Shown: piece by piece, positions 1 to 9,075 of the stretch
Layout of the letters: each line of letters starts with the position of its first letter
Position numbering within the stretch: position 1 is the first letter of the stretch
DNA from: Chlorokybus atmophyticus
Lineage: Eukaryota; Plantae; Mesostigma and Chlorokybus algae
Direction: 5' to 3'
DNA: 25,366 bases
NCBI GenBank assembly: GCA_009103225.1
Contig: RHPI01003261.1
Location: 297,126-322,491 of the forward strand
Made by a program: the position numbers and the translations under genes
Notes under the pieces: generated by a model
Told to the model about the DNA's origin: nothing
Database searches by the model: none
The model's input: only the letters and a program-made list of their open reading frames with translations

Positions 1-425
1 TGTTGAGAGTATTCCTACATACGATCAGCATCGACCCTCCACACAGGAGTAGAAGGTCGTAAGGACGAGCACTAGGTCCGGACTTAGCAAGATGGCATCG
101 TCGGACCAGACTCCGGACTCCAGACTGGAGCCTTACTAACTGCTTCGTATCTCCGCGTATACTTACTCATATTAGGCGTGTGAGAGCTTGTTGGAAAGCT
201 CTGGTTGTAAGGAAGACAACACAGCTTAGAGCGCGTCAAACGGCTGAGTATAGCTTACGCAGTGCTTGCAAACGTAGACGTGTGTGTAACTGGCTGGTAT
301 AAGAACCAGCGGACAACTTGTAATAGATGAATGTGATGTGACTTGTGTATGCTCTGGTGGCGGTAGCTCTGTCTCTGTGCATCTATGCTTGCCTCAACTA
401 CATGTGCATGCTAGTCCTTCAACAC
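1..425. repeat. Copy A of a >=425-bp direct repeat (Plavaka 3' end plus downstream flank); truncated by the window start
   Basis: Position 1 (TGTTGAGAGTATTCC) aligns to 8649. I see 2 mismatches in the first ~370 bp and several substitutions plus a 2-bp indel in the last ~50 bp. Identity stops after CTAGTCCTTCAACAC (425/9075). Confidence 0.97.
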
Positions 426-1278
426 TCCTTCTCAAGGACATGCTTGATCTTGGTGACGTTCTCAGACCGGACCTGCGTAGCTTTTTCCAGGGCGACACTC
501 CAGTGGAAGGGGCACTCCTTGGGAGTCTAGTACACCTTATAAAACTTGGCCGCATCAGCCTCGTCGTCATGGTCGAAGCCAACTACCTGTCACGGGCAGG
601 TTGGTCAGTGTCACGGTGCAGTGCGGTCATGAAGCATTCACAGCACCTGACACATGACGTTACGAATAGTGTCCTCCTTGGGATAAACGTGGCTCTCTAC
701 CCAGTGGCCGTTTATGATTTTAACGACGGCATCTCGCAGATGCTGTCCACAGAAGAACAATTCGTTACACACATACACACAGTGTCACAGTGTCACACAA
801 TGCTAACCTCATTGCCAATCTTCCACTTGCTTGGGGAAGGGTTGATGACGGCCAAGGTTGCCACGTCACGGCCAAATGCGTTTGGGTTGGGGGTTCTAAT
901 CGACCCTCTGCAAGCACAACCACATGAGTCATGCTGCCAGCCATGAAAGATGCAACCCTCACAGTTGCAAAAGAAGAACAACGTGCACAGTGTATCCAGA
1001 ACGCATGCAGTGAGTCACTGTGCTAGTCATGAAAGAAGCAAGCATCCAAGTTAAAAGTTGAGCAAGAAGCAACGTGCACAGTGCATCAAGAACGCATGCA
1101 GTCTAGCTTGCCCTTGCGACTGCGGTGTCAGGTGGAGTTGTTGCGATGTGCTGGGCGTTAGTGCGGGGTCTTGCTGCGATTGGTTGGCAACGGTTGCCTG
1201 GTTGAACACTGGGGGCAATGTGCACAACTGGCGCCGACCTCCACGACGAGGTGCACTTACGGATGGACCACGAGGCAT
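426..1278 (-). pseudogene. Spliced gene of unknown function, 3'-truncated and fused to the Plavaka 3' end
   Basis: Exons 907-808, 742-647 and 586-426 join through GT-AG introns 807-743 (65 nt) and 646-587 (60 nt) in phase. The spliced product is ...NPSPSKWKIGNE|HLRDAVVKIINGHWVESHVYPKEDTIRNVMCQ|VVGFDHDDEADAAKFYKVY*TPKECPFHW..., with an in-frame TAG at 529-527. The start at 1278 is tentative. Confidence 0.6.
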
Positions 1279-1408
1279 CTCTCCAACTGATAGTCGGGTG
1301 CCGCCTGTTTAGCTGTAAGTGGCGCTGCCGCCTCCAACGCTGCCGCCGCCGGTTGGCCCGCCCGAATGTATGAGGCGCGAAAACGAAAATGAGGCGGTTT
1401 TGAACGTC

Positions 1409-1440
1409 TAGAGTCCCGCACTAGAGTCGCACTTGTAGTG
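1409..1440 (-). mobile_element. Candidate CACTA/EnSpm-type terminus (element body to the left)
   Basis: 1431-1440 ACTTGTAGTG reverse-complements to CACTACAAGT, matching the En/Spm TIR start CACTACAAG. It is preceded by CTAGAGTC twice (1409, 1421). I found no partner end in the window. Confidence 0.4.
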
Positions 1441-1460
1441 CGTCCTTGCTCCTATGGTTG

Positions 1461-1620
1461 ATGGTACGACTTATGCATTCGTGCCATGCATGCTTCGTAC
1501 AACCATTGTTACCAATGGTTGTGTCGTAACATTTATGGTACGACAGAGGCATCTCTCGTCCAACCCCAGCGATTGCCGTACAATGGCTCTGTCGTACCAT
1601 CCATGGTGCGACAGAGGCAT
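1461..1620. promoter_or_regulatory. GTACCAT/ATGGTAC motif cluster 1
   Basis: ATGGTACGA at 1461 and 1535, TCGTACCAT at 1592, direct repeat ATGGT(A/G)CGACAGAGGCAT at 1535/1603, and inverted pair CAACCATT..AATGGTTG around 1500-1521. Function is inferred from position between divergent genes. Confidence 0.45.
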
Positions 1621-1676
1621 TGCTCGATCAGCCCACATGGGAGTTAGCGTGCACTCACTTGTACACGCTTCATTAA

Positions 1677-2090
1677 TGGCCGGATGATGGCAAGCAGGGG
1701 CACCAGGTCGATGACGGGTCGAATGTCAGGCTTGATGGGCCTGGGTTCGACTAGGAGGCGGAGGACCAGGAGTCGTCGGCGACGGCGGCGGCGGCGTGGC
1801 ACATCTTGCGAGAAGTTGTGGTCGTAAGAGTTCAAGCAGCGAAGCCAGCTACTGCCGGTCGCCACATCATGGATCATGGCAGGCGTCAGCAATGGGGCTG
1901 TCCAACATGCATCACCAACATTGGACAAACCAGCAGGCAAGCCATTAAAGACCATCTTCACACAGAGAGCTGCTTGGTGGCTCGCTTTCTGCAACAGGGA
2001 GTGGATCAGGAGCTGCAGTCCTTGGAGCCCCTTGTCAGAACCATGCGGGACCAGTTGCGGCTGTGGGAACAAGCACAAAGGAATGCAGAG
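1677..2090 (+). pseudogene. Exon encoding a C2HC-like zinc finger and a helical segment; possibly the 5' part of the OTU-RING gene
   Basis: WGCPTCITNIGQTSRQAIKDHLHTESC at 1893-1973, GAG|GTACGC donor at 2090/2091, in-frame TAG at 1752-1754. I could not build a phase-consistent splice path to 2627. Confidence 0.45.
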
Positions 2091-2626
2091 GTACGCTCAA
2101 CAGTCACATGCATTTCCTTGCAAGAGCAATTTGTTTTTTAGCGCAGTCCATGTGATATATGTAGCGTGGCTGCAGGCCTTCACGATTCACCCATACCGAC
2201 CCTACAGTCAAGCCGACATTGCGGAAGCTATAGTAGATAGACAGAGCTGGGCGGCGGTATGTTGTTGCCAATCTCGCTGTGCATGTTGACTGCAATGTCG
2301 GCTCCAATGCATGCCTACCTTTGCATGCTAGGATGCGTGAGCGTGCGAAGTCGCGCGCGCGTGTCGAACGAAGTAGGCTAAGTTTGAGCACAGGAGCGCG
2401 TGGCCATTCGTCCGGCATTCAACCAATAGTGCATCAACCAGCAATGATGCAGTCCATGCAATCATTCGTGCATCAACCAGCAATGCCGCAAGTGACTGTT
2501 CGAAGCAACCTCCTAATGACGGTGTGACGCAGTTGACTATTGCAATTGCAGTGTCGCAAGCATGCAGCTAACCCACATGTGATTGGTTGACAGCACCACA
2601 GTGCACTAGGTCCTGTTGGAGCTCCT

Positions 2627-5600
2627 ATGCAAGCCTGGATTCAATCCCATCAACTGGTCCTTCAATCCCACTTGCTGATGGGCGCGGCGGCAATGCGGCA
2701 TCAGTTTAACATGCATGTTGGCCTGTTGAATCCCGACATGTCCATTGGGGCAGTGGCGCATGATGTGCCCATGGCTCACGAGCTCCGTGACGAGTCTGCC
2801 ATCGAGGGTGGCGGGGAGAGTGCAGCCAATACCACCTTGTCAGCCCCCATGGCTTCCCCTGCTCCATGCAGCCCACGGGCCATTGAGGTAAGTCGCTGTC
2901 TTTTATGCTCGTGCCTTGGTAACAATGCGTCAGGCACTGCATAAGCTTATATTCGTCCTTTGCAACATTGTGAGCCATCTTATCCTGGATTCTGTATACA
3001 ACCCCCCTTGCTGCATGCACAAGTGGTCTCACCTGCATCTCCTGCTCCCCTCCCAGCCAGAGCGCAACCACCTTCCGCGGCACCAGTCCTTCATGCACTG
3101 CCATCTCCTCCACAAGCAGCACCGGTGATTGCGGGGCAACAATCCTTCTTGCTGCCATCGGCGAGACCACAGCACAATGCAACAACCGATGTGGCTTTTG
3201 CACCTATCTTACCCCACCCGCTGCAAGTTGAAGCCGGCAGTCTGCCCCAAACTCAGGTACTTTATCAGTCACTGTGACTCTTGCCGTCCACAGTTGGACA
3301 CACCATGTGAGTGCTGTGTGCGCATGCAGCAGGGGTCACCACCTGCCAGCGAGTCATTAGAGGAGCTGGCCGCAACCCGCATATGGCCATCAGTCATGCT
3401 AGGTGGCCAGCTCGCCTTATGGGACCACTTCAATGCGCCAACGGATGGTAATTGCTTCTACCATTGTGTATTTCGCGCCAGGCCATCAATAGCGCAAAGT
3501 GTCCTGGATGATCACAAGTGCCCCAGCTCGAGCAGATTTTGGGCCATGCTGGACACCATGGACGACGACGGCAGGGGGCACACTCTCCGCAAAATCACCG
3601 CCAAGGCTGTCGATGCAGGCGTGGCGAGCAGAATCCTAGACTTCTGCAGAGCCACTGGTGCCGCGGGAGAGATGGCGCAGTATTACGACAAACTGCCTGC
3701 GACCATGTTGGCTGATGTCAACTTCAACATTGACCTAGCCATGGCCAAGGTGCGACAGATCGTGCGGAGAAAAGATGTGTACGTCGAGCACCTGCAGATG
3801 ACCATGTTTGCCAACAAGCTGGGCTTGTTGATTGGCTGCGTGACCGTTCAGCGCGAGCATGGGGAGTGGGTGCCACGGCCCGGCAGCGCAGTTTGGGTTG
3901 GAAATAAAGAAGCCCCCAACTCAGTCCTGGTGGTGGGCAACACTGCTCCTAATGAGCCAGAAGCACACTTTTGGCTCCTCAAGCCTGCACGCACCGAACA
4001 GTGGTCGTGGCCTATGCATAAAGTGCCACTGGAGGTAACACACGTGATTGAAGAGTGGCGGAATGGCGTTGCCAATTCCCCGCTATCACCGGCTGTGACC
4101 CAGAGTGCTGCGCCAACGCCTCAGGCCTCGCCTTCGTGTGCTAGGCAAGAAGTAGCCGAGTGTTCTGCACATCCTGCCTCCCCTCAACCACAGCCACATG
4201 CTCGCAATCTTAATTCAGCTCCCTCCCTTCCTGCCGCGGAGACTCACTTGCCACCGCACTCTGACCATCCGGAGGCATCTCCATCAAGAAGCAGCTGTAG
4301 CTCGCCCTCTCCCTCAAAGCTTGCCACATTGATCCCAGCCTGTCTTGTTGATAAAGAGATTAATCGAGGTGTCCTGAAAGCTGCGCTGAAAGACCAAGGC
4401 TTCATGCTCGACCTTATGAAGCAACATGAGGTCATGGAGGAACGGGAGGCAACCAACAAGCGCAAGGCTGTGGAGCAAGAAGATAACGCCTTACCTCCTC
4501 TGAGTGACAGTGCCACGGAGAGCGCTTGCCAGGATGTGCAGGGTGACAAAAAAAAAAGATGAAGGTTGTTGGAACAAAAGACGCTGACAGGATCAAAAAA
4601 GGAAAGGTGAGGCATCGTTACAACAGTAGAAGAAGCACAGCGCCTTGAAGCCTCACTGGGGCTGACTGTGTGTCCTGAGTAGGCACAGGCGGGTTTACAG
4701 CGTCAGGTGGCTGCTCAGCATCGTCCAGAGAGACAGCCGGTGCGGCACGAGCTGCCTAAGCTCAAAGCACTGACGCGCAGACGCTTTGAGGGGCTGACTC
4801 GTAGTGCAAAGGAGTTGATCACCCTACAGTACGCCCAAAACGTGCTGCATCACCGCATGCGGTATGCCTCGAAGTGGGTGACGAAAGTTTGCAATAAGTG
4901 GGAGCAAACGCGGAGAGTGCGGTCTAAACAGACCTCTGGGGATTGGCCGTGGTTGGAACCCATACACGATATGGCCATCCGTAGTACGTTGTTGCCCCTC
5001 GCCGTCCTCGATATGATGGTGTTGTTGCTGCCGCAGCACCCCGGCAATGTGCAAGAGCTATCTGCGGAGCAGAACTTCGACCTGCTGCAGCAGATGTACC
5101 TGTCGATGTCGACTAATGCGGGTCGAGATGTGTGCCACTACCTGAGCAAACATACTGGGTGGCAAGTAAAACCATTTGAGCTGTACTTGGCATGCTTTGG
5201 CTGGCAATGGCTGTATGTCATACGGCACGTGGAAATGACAATGCGGGGGAGTACACGAGTGATGACAGCCATGTCGAGGGCCTGGATGAACGCATGCTGG
5301 ACGAGACCACCAAGACCAGCAGGTGGTGTATGGCGGCAGATGGGCAACAGGTGATCGAGCAGGNAGTGGAGCGTTATGCTGCGCCATTCAGATGGGAGTC
5401 GCTACGCCTGCAACGCGATAACAGAGTTTGGTGGCAGAGGCAGCTTGCACACCCGCGTGCACCATGTGCCCCTTTTTTCAATAGGAATTGGAGAATACTG
5501 ATCTTGTTTGAGGACTTCAGTTAAGCGAGCACCTCTGTTTAGCAAGTATTGAGTAGCTGCATCAAGATCTGATCCAAATTGAGCAAAAGCAGCAACTTCA

Positions 5601-6065
5601 CGATATTGAGCTAATTCTAATTTTAAAGATCCAGATACCTGTTTCATAGCTTTTAATTGAGCTGCAGAACCTACACAACTAACAGACAATCCAACGTTGA
5701 TAGCGGGTCGAATTCCACGATAAAAAAGTTTAGTTTCTAAGAATATCTGTCCATCGGTAATTGAGATAACGTTGGTTTGTATATAGGCGGAAACATCTCC
5801 AGCTTGAGTTTCAATGACAGGTAAAGCGGTTAAAGAACCAGCCCCTTTTTGTCGCATTGAAGAGCCCCCCCCCCCAGCGGATGGGGAGACGCCCTGTTGC
5901 AAGAAAGCGATGTGCCATGTCTGCATCATAGCACATCAGAAGACTGTGGCAAATAAATNGAAGAATTCACAAGCGTGTCCATTCTGCAAGCAACCTCACC
6001 CGTTTTGGTCGCCACGCCTGATGCAAGACGCCAACGTGTCGGCGTTGATTTGGCCCCCGCCTTGA
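2627..6065 (+). pseudogene. Multi-exon OTU-like cysteine protease/deubiquitinase + C-terminal RING finger, disrupted
   Basis: OTU Cys box DGNCFY (3444-3461), VEHLQMTMFANKLGLLIGCV middle block and His box EAHFW (His at 3966). Phase-0 introns 3257-3329 and 4607-4688, with a frameshift in the 10-A run 4548-4557 and another frame change near 5160-5220. RING-like CAPFC...[13 protein letters not shown]...ACPFCK is restored after removing the NUMT. The true start is uncertain. Confidence 0.7.
5468..5850 (-). other. atp1: NUMT: internal fragment of mitochondrial ATP synthase alpha subunit gene
   Basis: [106 protein letters not shown]. The [16 protein letters not shown] and [10 protein letters not shown] blocks are the mitochondrial type, not plastid. 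AT-rich, no introns, flanked by GCCCCTTTTT at 5468-5477 and 5841-5850. Confidence 0.95.
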
Positions 6066-6354
6066 TGCCAATTGTGCATGTATTGTAGTTTTGTGTTGGC
6101 TTCCTGTGAACCATGTAGGTACATGTATAGTTGCAGCATGGTGCATGGTGCATCAGAGATCTGCTGTTGTTAGAAGTATTGGCTGTACATGTGTATGATG
6201 ACTGCCCGGCGCATGAGTCAGTGCATAGCTTGCATACCTCGCTGGTTTAGAGCGTGTTTGACAGCAACAAACTCGGACAGCGCTCTGGGTTCCATGGCAT
6301 GACAGCACAGTATTACTCTACGATCGTGGTAGTATGCGAGTATCCTTGTTTTGT

Positions 6355-6400
6355 AGTACCATTAACAGATGGAGTACCATTCATGTTGATGTAGTACCAT
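6355..6400. promoter_or_regulatory. GTACCAT motif cluster 2 upstream of the methyltransferase gene
   Basis: AGTACCAT at 6355, 6373 and 6393, about 150 bp before the ATG at 6549. Confidence 0.4.
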
Positions 6401-6548
6401 GCATGGGTTGGCAATAGCGTCCTTGGTACAGTCGTGCTTCACTTGAAGTTTGACCCATTTAGGGTTCGTAAGCTGGCAACCCTAAATTGATGCCGATACC
6501 CTAAAGTCTCGCTCAGTTTGTGGGCAGCCGTGCCGATTCCTATTTTAC

Positions 6549-8277
6549 ATGATGTCGGCGGCAGCAGTTGAATCCCCCTCACCTAGGAGACCATGCTTGG
6601 TGTGCCCACAATGCAATGCGTACGTATGTGCCAATGGCCGTAGGCAGCAAATGCGAGCACACTTGCCCGAATGCCAGCGAGTGCAGACAGTGTGCCACGG
6701 TTTTAGTGCTGCTTGCTGGCATCACACCACACACAATGTCGACGTGTTTGGCTGCCGCCTTGGCCAAGTGCTGTGCAAGGAACCCGAGTTTTTCCATTGC
6801 GTGCAGTGCGTGTGCGAATCGTGCTCGCGCTCATGCTTCGAGTGGCGAGGGGAACCCATGCGTTTCTTCACATGGACAACACCGGGACATGTGGTTAGTG
6901 GACAGGTGGTGGATGCTGTGGAGGTAATCCACAAGAGTGGACCGCGACGTATCACTGCATGTTATGTTGGGCGTATGCTTATTTCATGCATGTTGAAGCT
7001 GTTGTCGCATTCAGAGTAGTCTTGCACGGTGTGGGCGTGGGCAGTTCCATCCCCTGGCCGCTGTAGAGGAGGCAGACCATCGACCGTTGGATAGCGCACT
7101 GCATCGGCTGCGGAACGCAGTTAAGTTGGGATGCGAACAGCTGATCGGTGTGAGTGTCATGGTGCATTGGCCGCTGAATGGGGAATGGTATGCGGGCGTT
7201 GTGGAATCATTCAAGCAAGCGTCAGGTCAGCATCGCTTCGTAGCGTGCGAGATTGAGGACGCATCATATATGCATGGTGCAATGGAAAATGTCTTTGCAG
7301 GGCAGCACCATATAGTATTTGATGACGGTGATCGACCACAAACCATCAACTTCAAAGGGCACAACGTATTCGCGTACACATCAATTGACGGGGCACGCCA
7401 TGTTCTGCGCGCCGGAGGGGAGAACGTCAGTCGCAAAGTAAGCCCGGACGGCATCATTGTTAGTCCCTGGCCAGCACCACGGCCAGCCTTGACCACATAC
7501 ACGCCATTTGACAACAAGCTGGGACGCACACGCAGACCAAGGGCACTCGACCTATTCTGCGGCGGTGGCGGTGCCAGTGTCGGTCTATACCACGCAGGCT
7601 TTGACGTGACCGGGATGGACATAAGTCCCTCCTCTGAGTACCCGCTGCCCTTCATACATCGCGATGTATGCACCCTAAGTGCAGGAGAGCTCAGCGAGTA
7701 CGAGCTCATCTGAGCCAGTCCACCATGCCAGGCATATTCAGGTGCTATCCCGGCGCCTCAACGGGCGGCACATGGCACATCTTGGAAACACCAGAATATG
7801 ATACCGCTCGTCCGACGTCTGCTGCTTGCAGGCCAGGTCAAGTTTGTGATTGAGAATGTGCCAGGAGCAGCTTCCTCATTCAGACCCAATCTATCCCTTT
7901 GTGGCACGATGTTTGGCCTATCAACTTTCCGACACCGTCTGTTTGAGACACAGCCAGTGGTAGCTACCCCACCAGCACGCTGCTCGCACGCGGGCAAGGC
8001 AGTTGGACTGCTATCGCCGCACCTGTCCGCTAGCGCGAAGAAGACAATCGTGACATCAAACGCGCCACATCAGATGTACCCGGTCTATGGCCTTCCAAGC
8101 ACCAGGGGCGGCATTGCTGTGTGGCAAACAGTGTTGGGAGTGCCATGGATGCCCTCGGCCGTTTCCATAGCGAATGCAGTTCTTCCCGCAATGGCGGAGT
8201 GCATAGGGCGTCTCATGCTTGAAACAATGGATATGCGCTGTGACTACCCTCTTGTGTCATGGAACTATCAGGCTTGA
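6549..8277 (+). pseudogene. Zinc finger + Tudor (Agenet/PDS5-MSH6-like) + C5 cytosine DNA methyltransferase fusion with one premature TGA
   Basis: MTase motifs: I RALDLFCGGGG (7540-), IV I*ASPPCQ (TGA 7711-7713, Cys 7726), VI ENV (7852), VIII RHRLFE, X ANAVLP. ORFs 7087-7713 and 7798-8277 share one frame. Removing the 75-nt intron 7226-7300 gives the Tudor motif VHWPLNGEWYAGVVESFKQASGQHHIVFDDGD. The 5' exon 6549-6923 (Cys-rich) joins in phase via intron 6924-7014, which is less certain. Confidence 0.88.
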
Positions 8278-8648
8278 GTGTGGTGCACTGTATTGATGCT
8301 TAATGCCACACGGTGGACTGATTGTTAAATGTTGCATGGCACGTTCGATTGTGGTGACAGTTGTGCAGTGACAGCTGCCCGGTATTGTACACGTCCACAT
8401 GCAAAAGTCTTAGCATACGATTAGCAATGCTTAACTGACTGATATGCTCCAAACTCAGAGTAGTGAGACAAGTACATGTGTCACGTGGAAGTGCAGTGAA
8501 CGTTCACCCAATACTTGCCCTCTTGTACACGGGCGCTGTCCTTGTCAAACATGGGGAGCAGCTGGACAATGCCTTTTACTTGCTCCAGAGTCACGACATC
8601 GAGATGTGGACCGCCTCGACGCTTTTCCCATTCCAGAGCGATGCACTT

Positions 8649-9075
8649 TGTTGAGAGTATTCCTACATACGATCAGCATCGACCCTCCACACAGGAGTAG
8701 AAGGTCGTAAGGACGAGCACTAGGTCCGGACTTAGCAAGATGGCATCGTCGGACCAGACTCCGGACTCCAGACTGGAGCCTTACTAACTGCTTCGTATCT
8801 CCGCGTATACTTACTCATATCAGGCGTGTGAGAGCTTGTTGAAAAGCTCTGGTTGTAAGGAAGACAACACAGCTTAGAGCGCGTCAAACGGCTGAGTATA
8901 GCTTACGCAGTGCTTGCAAACGTAGACGTGTGTGTAACTGGCTGGTATAAGAACCAGCGGACAACTTGTAATAGATGAATGTGATGTGACTTGTGTATGC
9001 TCTGGTGGCGGTAGCTCTGTCCCTGTGTGTATCCATGCTTGCCTCCGCTACATGTGCATGCTAGTCCTTCAACAC
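8649..9075. repeat. Copy B of the direct repeat shared with 1-425
   Basis: Direct alignment; offset 8648, then 8650 after a 2-bp insertion near 9027. Confidence 0.97.

Noticed and set aside
974-1102. ~38-bp direct repeat about 90 bp apart
   Set aside because: A local duplication in probable intron sequence with no further structure.
5402-5929. ORF as a functional atpA/atp1 gene or plastid insertion
   Set aside because: Only ~125 internal codons are present, conserved residues are altered (IPTN to IQTN, SRVG to SCVG), the signature is mitochondrial, and it interrupts another gene.
6458-6466. Telomere-like TTTAGGG (also TTAGGG at 19384)
   Set aside because: Single isolated units, expected by chance.
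7711-7713. TGA read as Trp or Sec (alternative code)
   Set aside because: TGG is used normally in the same genes, TGA also terminates the ORF at 8275, and TAG/TAA lesions occur nearby. Point mutation is simpler.
8444-8830. Plus-strand frame after the MTase (VVRQVHVSRG..)
   Set aside because: Several stops, no recognisable motif and no convincing splice link; possibly a decayed exon but unsupported.
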